Assembly (NCBI GenBank): GCA_003223395.1
Contig: QHUZ01000036.1
Span: forward strand, 627-64,626
Source: Gemmatimonadota bacterium
GTDB lineage: Bacteria > Gemmatimonadota > Gemmatimonadetes > Gemmatimonadales > GWC2-71-9
Reading direction: 5' to 3'
DNA: 64,000 nucleotides
This document shows, in pieces, positions 18,292 to 27,367 of the stretch. The position numbers and the translations under genes were made by a program. Each line of letters starts with the position of its first letter. Positions within the stretch are counted from its first letter, which is position 1. The notes beneath the pieces were generated by a model. That model ran no database searches and was not told the origin of the DNA. It saw only the letters and a list, made by a program, of their open reading frames with translations.

Positions 18292-18520
18292 GATCCAGCA
18301 GGCGCAGCTTGTCCCCCCACACATCCCAGTGCCAGGCTTCCACGCGGATTCCCGTGTCCGGATCCTTGAGCGGCTTGTATTGGAGCCAACGGGCGTGAAA
18401 GCCGAGGGTGCGGCCCAGCTCGAGGAGCCGTTCCTTATCTGAGCTCACCAGGTGGACCATCGGCTCATCATGAATCTTGTGACGGTGAAGCCAAACGCCG
18501 CCGTTGAGGGCGAAGCGCAT
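18284..18520 (-). CDS. hypothetical protein, DUF4031-like
   Basis: MRFALNGGVWLHRH...HLVSSDKERLLELGRTLGF...WHWDVWG. Start is trimmed to ATG 18520 to avoid overlapping the pilin gene. Confidence 0.4.
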   Translation of the reverse strand: MRFALNGGVWLHRHKIHDEPMVHLVSSDKERLLELGRTLGFHARWLQYKPLKDPDTGIRVEAWHWDVWGDKLRLLDPT

Positions 18521-18558
18521 CCCCTCACGGCGGCGTTGGAATTCCCGATACGGCGGCG

Positions 18559-18936
18559 CTACGTGCAGGTAATCTTGCCCTCGGCGGTGGCCGGGGCGAC
18601 CGGCGCCGCGTTCCCCTGATACAGCACGCACTGCCGGGTCGTCTGCGCGTGGACGGCCTGTGCCGACCAGCCGCCAGGCGTCGCTTCCGTGACGCTCAGC
18701 GTCACGCCGGTCGATGCCCGGAAATTGTTGAGCGCCGCCAAACTCGTCGTGTAGTACGTGCTGTCGTAGAAGAAGGCTTCCTCCGCCGTCGCCAGATTCT
18801 TGAGGTCGGACTTCATCTGCGCGACGTACGCCTTCTGCTTCGTGGTGGAGAGCTTCGGGATCGCTATAACTGCTAGCAACCCGATGATCACCACCACGAT
18901 CAGTAACTCAATCAGGGTGAAACCACGTGCTTTCAC
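18559..18936 (-). CDS. type IV pilin-like protein (prepilin N-terminal cleavage/methylation domain)
   Basis: GTG 18936 is preceded by GGAGGG. The N-terminus is VKARG/FTLIELLIVVVIIGLLAVIAIP. Confidence 0.8.
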   Translation of the reverse strand: MKARGFTLIELLIVVVIIGLLAVIAIPKLSTTKQKAYVAQMKSDLKNLATAEEAFFYDSTYYTTSLAALNNFRASTGVTLSVTEATPGGWSAQAVHAQTTRQCVLYQGNAAPVAPATAEGKITCT

Positions 18937-18951
18937 TGCCTTACCCTCCGG

Positions 18952-18992
18952 GCGCGAAAGGGCGTCGATCCGAAAAGCCCGGATCGACGCCC
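18952..18992 (-). terminator. candidate intrinsic terminator downstream of polA
   Basis: Perfect 13-bp stem (18960-18972 and 18980-18992), followed on the minus strand by TTTCGCG. The U-tract is weak. Confidence 0.45.
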
Positions 18993-19032
18993 CTATTGTG
19001 GGCAACGCCCCCCATTCCTGCAAGAGGCGTGC

Positions 19033-21858
19033 TTAGCCCTTCGCGTCGATCCAATTCTTTCCAGCGCCTATAGTTACGACGAGCGGCACCCGCAAATTCG
19101 CTACTCCCTCCATCTCGCGTTTTACAAGGGCCGCGGCATCCGACCGCTCACGCTCAGGGGTCTCAAACACCAGCTCGTCATGCACTTGCAGGAGCATGCG
19201 GGTGCGCAGGTTCGCCTGCTTGAGCGCCGCGTGGATCCTGATCATCGCGATCTTGATGAGGTCAGCCGCCGATCCCTGCAGTGGGGAATTGGTTGCCGTA
19301 CGCTCGCCAAAGGAGCGGATACTGAAGTTGCGATCCCGGAGCTCGGGGATGTAGCGGCGCCGGCCGAACAGCGTCTCCACGAACCCCCGCTGGCGTGCCT
19401 CATCGATCGTCTTGTCGAGCCAGGCGCGCACACCGGAGAATCGCTCGAAGTAATGCTTGATGAAGGCCTTCGCCTCTTCGAGCGTGATGCCCAGCTGCCG
19501 GGACAACGCCAGTGCGCCCTGACCGTAGATCGTCGCAAAGTTGATGGTTTTGGCGCGCGCGCGCATCTCGCCCGTCACGTTTTCCTCCGGCACGCCGAAA
19601 ATGACCGCCGCCGTCTGGCGGTGGATGTCGCCGCCGCGCTGAAATGCCGCGACAAACGCCGGATCGTCCGAGAAATGCGCCAGCAGCCGCAGCTCGACCT
19701 GCGAGTAGTCGGCGATCAGGAGCAGGTGCTCGGGGGGCGCGACGAACGCGCGCCGGATCTCTCCGCCCCGGCGCGTGCGCACCGGAATGTTCTGGAGATT
19801 GGGATCGGAGGACGAGAGACGGCCGGTGGCCGCGCCAGTCTGATTGAAGCTCGTGTGGACGCGGCCGTCCGCCTGGATGTACCCGGGGAGCGCGTCGATG
19901 TAGGTGGACTTGAGCTTCGTGAGCTCGCGGTATTCGATCAGGAGGCGGGGGACTTCGTGACCCATGGTCGCGAGCTGCTCGAGCACTTCCACGTCGGTCG
20001 ACGCGCCCGTTTTGGTGCGCTTCTGCACGGGCAGCTTCAAGCGCTCGAACAGGACGGTCCGGAGCTGCGGCGTCGAGTTGATGTTGAACTCGCCGCCGGC
20101 GGCGCGATAAATGTCCAGCTCCAGCTGCGTCAGCTCTTTATTGAAGCCCCGCGACATCTCGCCGAGCAACACGCGATCGACGAGGATCCCGGTTGCCTCC
20201 ATGTCGACGAGCACCGGGACGAGGGGAATCTCGATTTCGTCGAGTAGCCGCACGAGGTGATGCGCCTCGATATCGGCACGGAACGTTGCCTCGAGCCGCA
20301 GGACCATTTCCGCCTGCGCGGCAGAGACGCGTGCTGCGTCCGCCGGTGGGACCTGGGGGAACGTTCGCTCCGTTGCCCCGCCCTTCCCTTTCCCCAACAA
20401 CTGCGCCGTCGTGGGGAGCTCGACCGAGAGATGCTCCCGCGCCAAATCGTTGATCGCGTGCGAGCGATTCCCAGGATCGAGGACGAAGCTCGCCAGCATC
20501 GAGTCGTAGGCGACGCCCGCGAATGGCACGCCGGCGCGCGAGAACGCGACCCAAGCGGCCTTGATGTCGTGCCCCGCCTTCCGCACGGTCGGATCGGCGA
20601 GCACCGCGCGCAGCGGTGCGAGCGCGTCACTCGAGAGCGGCGGAAGGTTGCGGGGCGGTGTGGCGTCGAATTCTCCTTCGCGCGGCTCGTGACCGAAGGA
20701 GAGATACCACGAGCGTCCAGGGGCCACCGCGAACGCGAGGCCGGTGAGCCCCGGCTCGGTCTGCAGCGCGACGAGTGGCGCAGCGCGTAACTCCTGGACC
20801 AGCGCGGGAAGATCGGCCGGATCGTCAACGATGCGCGGATCGGCGAGTTGTGCCGCCCGGGGGCCCGCGGCCGGCGCGGGAGGCGCGCTTGCCCCGGGCT
20901 CGACCGGCGGGGCGATTCCCACTGCAGCCAGATCGTCGAGCTTCGGGATCAGCGTCCGGAATTCGAGCTCGGTGAACAACGCGGCGAGCGTGTCGGTGTC
21001 GGGGGTGCGGACGCGCAGTTGCTCGAGATCCAGCTGCACCGGGACGTCGCGCTGCAGCGTCACCAGCTGCCGGGACAGCCGCGCGTTGTCCGCCTGCTGC
21101 AGTAGCGCTTCGCGCGGACGCTTGCCGGGGATGTCGGCCGCCCGGGCGAGAATCGCATCGAGATCGCCGTAGGTCTCGAGGAGCTGGACCGCGGTCTTGT
21201 CGCCAATGCCTTTCACGCCCGGAATGTTGTCGGAGCTATCGCCGACGAGCGCGAGATAATCCACGACGCGCTGGGGCGGCACGCCGAGCCGCTCGCTCGC
21301 GTTGGACTCGTCCACCCATTGCTCCTCGACCGCCGCCTGCCCGCCACGCCCCGGGTTGAGGAGCGCGATCCCAGCGCCGATCAGCTGATAGAAATCCTTG
21401 TCGCCCGACACGATGACCGCCTGCAACCCGTCGTGCGCCGCGCGCTCGGCGAGGGTCGCGACCACGTCGTCGGCTTCGTAGCCATTGATCGCGATGACGG
21501 GGATGTGAAAGGCGTCGAGGATTTGGCAGACGCGCTCGAGCGAGCGGTCGAAGTCCTGCTGCAGCTCCTCGCCCAACTTCTCGCGCGTCGCCTTGTACTC
21601 CGGGTACTGCTCCGAGCGGAAGGAAACGCCGCGGTCGTGCACCCAGCCGATGTACTCGGGCCGGTAGTTCTCGTAGAGGCGCAGCAGGAAGTTGGTGATG
21701 CCCCAGACCGCCGATGTGTTCTCGCCGCTCTTGGTGGTGAGCGGCCGCGCGATCATGGCGAAGAAGGCACGATAAATGAGCGCGTAACCGTCCACGAGGA
21801 AGACGCATTTCTTCCCGGCGGCAGTAGCGGGAATGGGCGGGGCGGGGCGCGGCGGCAT
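19033..21858 (-). CDS. polA: DNA polymerase I
   Basis: 941 aa with a 5'-3' exonuclease domain, a 3'-5' exonuclease-like domain and a pol A palm (RRxAKxxNFGxxYG-like RARAKTINFATIYG, QVHDELVFE). Confidence 0.97.
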   Translation of the reverse strand: MPPRPAPPIPATAAGKKCVFLVDGYALIYRAFFAMIARPLTTKSGENTSAVWGITNFLLRLYENYRPEYIGWVHDRGVSFRSEQYPEYKATREKLGEELQQDFDRSLERVCQILDAFHIPVIAINGYEADDVVATLAERAAHDGLQAVIVSGDKDFYQLIGAGIALLNPGRGGQAAVEEQWVDESNASERLGVPPQRVVDYLALVGDSSDNIPGVKGIGDKTAVQLLETYGDLDAILARAADIPGKRPREALLQQADNARLSRQLVTLQRDVPVQLDLEQLRVRTPDTDTLAALFTELEFRTLIPKLDDLAAVGIAPPVEPGASAPPAPAAGPRAAQLADPRIVDDPADLPALVQELRAAPLVALQTEPGLTGLAFAVAPGRSWYLSFGHEPREGEFDATPPRNLPPLSSDALAPLRAVLADPTVRKAGHDIKAAWVAFSRAGVPFAGVAYDSMLASFVLDPGNRSHAINDLAREHLSVELPTTAQLLGKGKGGATERTFPQVPPADAARVSAAQAEMVLRLEATFRADIEAHHLVRLLDEIEIPLVPVLVDMEATGILVDRVLLGEMSRGFNKELTQLELDIYRAAGGEFNINSTPQLRTVLFERLKLPVQKRTKTGASTDVEVLEQLATMGHEVPRLLIEYRELTKLKSTYIDALPGYIQADGRVHTSFNQTGAATGRLSSSDPNLQNIPVRTRRGGEIRRAFVAPPEHLLLIADYSQVELRLLAHFSDDPAFVAAFQRGGDIHRQTAAVIFGVPEENVTGEMRARAKTINFATIYGQGALALSRQLGITLEEAKAFIKHYFERFSGVRAWLDKTIDEARQRGFVETLFGRRRYIPELRDRNFSIRSFGERTATNSPLQGSAADLIKIAMIRIHAALKQANLRTRMLLQVHDELVFETPERERSDAAALVKREMEGVANLRVPLVVTIGAGKNWIDAKG

Positions 21859-21861
21859 GGC

Positions 21862-21897
21862 GGGAAAACTAAACCCCGCCCAAAAAATCGGGCGGGG
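21862..21897 (-). terminator. intrinsic terminator of cspA
   Basis: 8-bp GC stem ccccgccc/gggcgggg (21874-21881 and 21890-21897), followed on the minus strand by TTTAGTTTTCCC. Confidence 0.7.
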
Positions 21898-21920
21898 CGG
21901 AATCGGGTGAAGGGCGCGCT

Positions 21921-22121
21921 TTAGACGCGCACGACGTTCGTGGCGTGGAGCCCCTTGTCCCCCTGCTGCACTTCGAACTCCACCACCTGACCCTCGGCGA
22001 GCGTCTTAAAGCCGTCCATCTGAATCGCCGAGAAATGCACGAACACGTCTTCGCCGCCTTCCTGCTCAATGAAGCCGTACCCTTTGGCGTCATTGAACCA
22101 CTTCACCTTTCCCTTGATCAC
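21921..22121 (-). CDS. cspA: cold-shock protein (CspA family)
   Basis: GTG 22121 with AGGAGG upstream. Sequence (M)[32 protein letters not shown]. Confidence 0.95.
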   Translation of the reverse strand: MIKGKVKWFNDAKGYGFIEQEGGEDVFVHFSAIQMDGFKTLAEGQVVEFEVQQGDKGLHATNVVRV

Positions 22122-22235
22122 AATCCGCCTCCTGCAGAGTCTGTTACTGGGCGCCCAACGTTGGATGCCTGCCCGGCCGTGGTGCCGGGCCGCGTAGAAA
22201 TGATCCGCGGTCCGGAAAGCTGTCAAGCGGGATTT

Positions 22236-24476
22236 CTACGGTTCGTACAACGCGCGATACAACTCGCGATTGCGCAACAGGCTGCGCACGTAACCCCGGG
22301 TTTCCGGATAGGGGATCAGCTCGATGAACCGATCGGGATCGGTCGCGCCCGCGCGGTCGAGCCAGCGGCGCACCGGCGACGGGCCGGCATTGTACGCCGC
22401 GATCGCGGCGTCCACGCGCCCGAATCGCTTGAGCAGCTCCGCGAGATGCGCCGCGCCGAGATGCAGGTTGAGGTCGGGAACGGTAATCCACTCCGGATAG
22501 AACGTGACGTCCAATCCACGCGCCATCAGCGAAGCGGTGCTCGGCAGCAGCTGCGCCAGGCCGCGCGCACCCGCGGGCGACAGCGCTTCGACGTCGAACA
22601 CACTCTCCTGACGGACCAGGGCCGCGAGGAGGAGCGCGTCGACGCCGAACTCCTGCGCCTCGGCTTCGACCGCCGCACGATTGGGCCAGGGGAAAATCGC
22701 GCGCAACACGCGCGTGTCGCCGGGCGCGAGGAGGGCCGCCTGCCAGCCGAGCCGGACACCGGCCGAGCCGTAGCCGCGCAAACCCAGCCCCTCGCTCCAC
22801 GCGAGCAGCGCGTCGAGATCGGCAGGGGGGCGCGCCAGCACGACGCGGACTTCCGCCTGGGCTTCGGTGTCGAGCCCGGCGAGCAGCAGCGTATCGATGC
22901 GCGCGAGACCGGCGGAAACGAAGGCCGGCGGGGTCGTGGTCACGACTGGTGCGGAAAAGGCCAGTGGTGGAAGGCCGGTTTCGCGCCGAGCGCGCATCCC
23001 GTAGTAGCCAAGCGAATCCTCGTGCGCCAGCGCCAACCAGATGCGCCTGGCCTGCTCCGCATCACCGCGAGCGTCCGCCATCTTGCCGAGCCAGAATCGT
23101 GCGGCGGTGCGCTGTGGGCCCGCTGCGTCGATCTCCGACTGATAGAGTGACGCGGCGCTATCGGGGTTGCTGGTGGCCTCGGCACGGGCGGCGAGCCGGA
23201 AGCGCGCGAGCGAGGCCCGCGCGTCAGCAGGATATCGCTTGATCAACTCGCCGTACCAGCGGCCGGCCTGCCCCCAGTCGTCCCCGCTGTCGTGCAGATC
23301 GCCCAGGATGTACAGCGCTCCGGGGGCCGCGCTGTCGGTTGGGTAGCGGTCGGCGAATCCGGAGAGCGCGGCAACCGCCGTGGAATCACCGAGCCGCACC
23401 AGCACGCGCCCGCGCCGGTACAGCGCGAGTGGCCGGGCCGCAGAGTCGCGCGCCGCCGCGGCGTACGCACGCACGGCGTCCCGCAGCAGTCCCGACGACA
23501 CGAGCAGCTCGCCATAGAGCAGAAGCGTGGCCGCCGTCGAGTCGCCGGCGCGCAGCGCGTGCTCGACATGGATCCGGGCATCGCGCACCGATGCGCGGCG
23601 ATTCAGCGCGCGCGCCATGGCGACGTGTTCGTCGGGGGCGTGCGGCGGTAACGGGCCGAGGGCCAGACCAACGCCGGCGGCGGCGTCATCGCTGAGCGGA
23701 TCACGCGTCAGCAAGCTGTACAGCAGCGTGCGGGCACGCGCCGAATCGCCCGTTGCGAGCGCGAGACGGGCCGCATCGAGCCCCTTCCCTGCCTTCGCAA
23801 ACGCTGCGAGCGCGCGCGTCGTATCGCCGGCCAGCAGCAGCGAGCGCGCCCGCGCGACCGGCACGTCGCGCGCGGCCGGCGCCGCCACGTCGACGACGAG
23901 CTGGCTCGCAGCCGCCGTGTCGCGCGTGACGCGTGCCTGCCGCACGCGGAGCCAGGTGTCGATGCTCGCCAACTTGCCGCCCGCCCGGGCCGCCGCGAAG
24001 GCGGCCGCCGCACTGTCGGCCTGTCCCGCCGCGTCGAACGCGAGGCCCGCCCGAACGGCCAGCAACGGCACACGCGCGGCGGGCGCGCGGGTGCGCGCCA
24101 TCTGGAAATGCGCCGCCGCCTCGGCGAAACGGTCGACGCCGAACTCCGCCTGCGCGAGCACGGCCAGCGCCTCACCGTCGAGATAATCGAGGAGCCACGG
24201 CTGGCCGGCCAGCAACGCGCGCGCATGCTCGTACCGCTTGGCCTGGACTTCTGCCTTGGCGCCTTCGACGATCAAAAAGGCGTTGGGGTTCGGGTCGCGC
24301 CGCGCCGCGGCGAGCAGCGTCTCGGCGGCATGCCAAGGACGCCCGGACAGGCGCAGCGAATCCGCGCGATAGGTTGCGGTATGATCCGGTGGAGCGGGGG
24401 TCTGGGCCCGGCTCGATGACGCCAGCAGCAGATCCCCAGCGAGCGCCGCGATCCAAAAGGCGCTGTGGCGTCTCAC
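22236..24476 (-). CDS. soluble lytic murein transglycosylase (Slt70-like: superhelical repeat domain + SLT domain)
   Basis: C-terminal SLT motifs (RQESVFD, GARGLAQLLPSTA, AAYNAGP). GTG 24476 (VRRHSAFWIAALAG, signal-like) gives a GTGA overlap with the upstream gene. The track ORF is over-extended. Confidence 0.8.
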   Translation of the reverse strand: MRRHSAFWIAALAGDLLLASSSRAQTPAPPDHTATYRADSLRLSGRPWHAAETLLAAARRDPNPNAFLIVEGAKAEVQAKRYEHARALLAGQPWLLDYLDGEALAVLAQAEFGVDRFAEAAAHFQMARTRAPAARVPLLAVRAGLAFDAAGQADSAAAAFAAARAGGKLASIDTWLRVRQARVTRDTAAASQLVVDVAAPAARDVPVARARSLLLAGDTTRALAAFAKAGKGLDAARLALATGDSARARTLLYSLLTRDPLSDDAAAGVGLALGPLPPHAPDEHVAMARALNRRASVRDARIHVEHALRAGDSTAATLLLYGELLVSSGLLRDAVRAYAAAARDSAARPLALYRRGRVLVRLGDSTAVAALSGFADRYPTDSAAPGALYILGDLHDSGDDWGQAGRWYGELIKRYPADARASLARFRLAARAEATSNPDSAASLYQSEIDAAGPQRTAARFWLGKMADARGDAEQARRIWLALAHEDSLGYYGMRARRETGLPPLAFSAPVVTTTPPAFVSAGLARIDTLLLAGLDTEAQAEVRVVLARPPADLDALLAWSEGLGLRGYGSAGVRLGWQAALLAPGDTRVLRAIFPWPNRAAVEAEAQEFGVDALLLAALVRQESVFDVEALSPAGARGLAQLLPSTASLMARGLDVTFYPEWITVPDLNLHLGAAHLAELLKRFGRVDAAIAAYNAGPSPVRRWLDRAGATDPDRFIELIPYPETRGYVRSLLRNRELYRALYEP

Positions 24477-25846
24477 GGTCGCGCTTGCCTCACGCGCATC
24501 AGCACGCGCTGGAACTCGGCGCGTGACGTCGGGGTCAGCCGATAGCGGCTGAACCCGGTTTGATCCTGGAAGTACAGGACGAGCCGTTCCGAGGCGTAGG
24601 TCCAGCGCAACACCCGCATGCCGCTGCGATCGATCCCGTTCGAGAGATCGAGCATCTCGTCGGGCTCGCCGAGGGTGATGAAGACCTCCCCCCGCTCCGT
24701 CTGCCACCCCGGCCCTCCTTCATCCGCGAATCGGATGTTGGCTTGCTGGACCCGCCGGAAGTAGTCATCGATGGCTTCATTTTCGGGAGTCATCGGGACC
24801 GGATCGGTGGCCTTCCAGAACTCGCGCCAGACGTCCGGGCGCCGGTCGGCCGGCGCCCGGCGGAGGGAATCCACCCACTCCTGGCGTGGGAAAAAGCGGA
24901 GCAAGCTCATCATCTCTTCAAAGTTCGTAATGACCCACTGATTCGAGAAGCTCACCAGGAAGCGCGTGCGCGTCGTATCGCCGCCCGCCAGCGGCAAGGT
25001 CTGCAGCTCGGCCTGGCCGACGGGCAGATTCGCGGGCACCACGACAATCGTCGCCGACGACACATCGGGACCGCCAGCCAGCCGGAGCGAGTCGCGCCAC
25101 AACTCGTGGCCGGCTCCATCCACCACACGAGCAACGATCGGCCCCGCCCCCGGTGGCGCCCCGTACCGCTCAACATAGAAGCGCATCGAATCGGGGCCGT
25201 ACGGCAGGGTCGCGCGCGGGTTGACGACCAGCTTGGGAATGGCGGTGCGCGCGGGGCGGCCTTCCGCCGTGTAGACCGCGATCGGTTTCGTCAGCGCCGG
25301 CCCGGCGAAGCGGGGCGCAGTGTCGGCGCGCTCGGCCCGCGCGAACGCGGGCCCATTGCGGTCGCGCACCATCGCGATGACGTAGTAGACGCCCGGCGGC
25401 AGCATCAAGAACTGTTGATAAATGACGCTCTCGTCTGTCCGCAGCGTCTCCTGGAAGTTGCGCACCCGCACCTGCTCATCGCTCCCGAGTTGCCGGACGG
25501 CTACCAGGCTCGTGCTGTCAGTGCGAAACGACACCTCCACGTGATACTCCGCGACGAACTCCGACCCACGCCGCTGGAACGTGAGCGTCTGGTTCGTGAG
25601 CGAGACCGAGAACAGCGTGAGCGTGGAGTCGGGCGTCGGTCCGGCGAGATAGCGCACCGACGCGATGAACGGCAACGCCCCGCCACCGACGAGTGCGCCC
25701 ATCGAGCGGTAGACCGACGACGCGTCGAACAGGCGCGGCGCGGCGCTGCCACGGCGCGGCGCGGTCCCGGGTCTTCCCGCTTGCTGCATCCCTCCGCAGC
25801 CCGCGACCAGAACCGCCAGCACCACGAGTGTCGCGCATCGCATCAC
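24473..25846 (-). CDS. GWxTD domain-containing lipoprotein
   Basis: Lipobox LVAGC. C-terminal GPGWQTERGEVFITLGEPDE. Confidence 0.8.
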   Translation of the reverse strand: MMRCATLVVLAVLVAGCGGMQQAGRPGTAPRRGSAAPRLFDASSVYRSMGALVGGGALPFIASVRYLAGPTPDSTLTLFSVSLTNQTLTFQRRGSEFVAEYHVEVSFRTDSTSLVAVRQLGSDEQVRVRNFQETLRTDESVIYQQFLMLPPGVYYVIAMVRDRNGPAFARAERADTAPRFAGPALTKPIAVYTAEGRPARTAIPKLVVNPRATLPYGPDSMRFYVERYGAPPGAGPIVARVVDGAGHELWRDSLRLAGGPDVSSATIVVVPANLPVGQAELQTLPLAGGDTTRTRFLVSFSNQWVITNFEEMMSLLRFFPRQEWVDSLRRAPADRRPDVWREFWKATDPVPMTPENEAIDDYFRRVQQANIRFADEGGPGWQTERGEVFITLGEPDEMLDLSNGIDRSGMRVLRWTYASERLVLYFQDQTGFSRYRLTPTSRAEFQRVLMRVRQARP

Positions 25847-25881
25847 TTGCCGAGCCTCAAATCGGGACGTTAGTTAACCGC

Positions 25882-26796
25882 ATGGCTCTTGAAAACCTGG
25901 CCGGCAGGTCCATCGCCGGCTACCGTCTCCTCGAGCGTATCGGCGAAGGAGGGACGGCGGAGGTCTATCGCGCCGAACATCCCGAGCGCGGCGCCTGTGC
26001 GTTCAAGGTATTGCGCGAGCGCCTCAGGGGCGACCCCGTCGTGGTCAAACGATTCCTGCGGGAAGCGGGATATGGGTCCCGCGTCGTGCATCCGGGTGTG
26101 GTTCGCACCTACGACTTCGGTGAAGCGGACAGCCTCTACTATCTCGCGCTCGAGTGGGCCACCGGTGAGCCGCTCGCCGATTTCCTACACCGCGAGAGCC
26201 CGCTCGCTCCGGCGGACACCGTCGCGCTGGTGCGCCAGCTCGCCGACGCGCTCGCCGCGGCGCACGCGGCCGGCATCATTCATCGCGACTTGAAACCCGA
26301 GAACATCATGTACGATCCGCGCACGCGGAGCGTGAAGCTGCTCGATTTCGGAATCGCGCGCGACGCGGAGCAACCGCTGGAAGAGCGCCTGACCAAGACC
26401 GGCTTTTTCGTCGGGACACTCCAGTACGTCGCGCCGGAAGCATTGTCGGGTGAGCTGGTGGACGGCCGCGCCGACATCTACAGCCTCGCGAAGATCACCT
26501 ACTACATGCTCACGGGGCGCCATCCGCACGACGGCCGCAGCCCGCGCGAGCTGTTTCAGCAACTCTTGAGCGGCAAGGCGACGCCGCTCTCCGAAGTGAG
26601 CGATCGCACGTTCCCGCCCGCGCTCGAGGCGGCCGTGATGAAGGGGCTGGCGCGGCACCCCGGCGAGCGCCAGCCAACGGTCAGCGCATTTGCCGCCGAT
26701 CTGGAAGCGGCACTCGCGAAAGCGAAAGACGGGGCCAAGGCCGGCGGGCTGCTCGGAGCCCTCAAAAACATTGTCGGCAAGCGGCGCAGTGAATAG
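25882..26796 (+). CDS. Ser/Thr protein kinase (kinase domain only)
   Basis: ATG 25882. Motifs GEGGTAEVY, HRDLKPEN, DFGIA and APE. Confidence 0.85.
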   Translation: MALENLAGRSIAGYRLLERIGEGGTAEVYRAEHPERGACAFKVLRERLRGDPVVVKRFLREAGYGSRVVHPGVVRTYDFGEADSLYYLALEWATGEPLADFLHRESPLAPADTVALVRQLADALAAAHAAGIIHRDLKPENIMYDPRTRSVKLLDFGIARDAEQPLEERLTKTGFFVGTLQYVAPEALSGELVDGRADIYSLAKITYYMLTGRHPHDGRSPRELFQQLLSGKATPLSEVSDRTFPPALEAAVMKGLARHPGERQPTVSAFAADLEAALAKAKDGAKAGGLLGALKNIVGKRRSE

Positions 26797-27367
26797 TAGT
26801 AGCGACTACTACTACCTCAGAGATACGCTTAAGGATCTCCTCCTGACGCGCTCGGTCCAGCGCGGCGATTTCGTCCTCGCGTCCGGCCGCCGGTCCTCGT
26901 TCTACGTCGACGCCCGCCGCACCACCATGTCCGGCGAGGGGCTCGCCGTTATCGGCGGGCTCGGGCTCGATCGCCTGGCGGTGCGCGGCTGGTCGCCCCG
27001 GGCCGTCGGCGGTCTCACCCTCGGCGCCGATCCCATCGCGTACGCCCTCGCCCTGACCGCAAAACGGCGCGGCCAGCTGCTGGACGCGTTTACCGTGCGC
27101 AAACAACCGAAGGACCACGGGACCGGCCAGCGCATTGAGGGCTGCTTCGCGTCCGGCTTCGCGGTCGTCGTCGTCGAGGACGTGCTCACCACGGGACGAT
27201 CGGCACGCGAGGCGATCAGCGCCGTCGAGAGCGAAGGCGGGCACGTGCTCGGCGTGCTGGCGGTGCTGGATCGCGACGAAGGCGGCCGCGCGGCGATCGA
27301 ACGGGACGGATATCTCGTCGAAGCGTTTCTGACCGCGGCGGATCTTGGCCTGGGACTCCCCACGTGA
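26789..27367 (+). CDS. pyrE: orotate phosphoribosyltransferase
   Basis: Motifs [16 protein letters not shown] and [17 protein letters not shown]. The only in-frame start near the expected N-terminus is GTG 26789. Confidence 0.85.
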   Translation: MNSSSDYYYLRDTLKDLLLTRSVQRGDFVLASGRRSSFYVDARRTTMSGEGLAVIGGLGLDRLAVRGWSPRAVGGLTLGADPIAYALALTAKRRGQLLDAFTVRKQPKDHGTGQRIEGCFASGFAVVVVEDVLTTGRSAREAISAVESEGGHVLGVLAVLDRDEGGRAAIERDGYLVEAFLTAADLGLGLPT

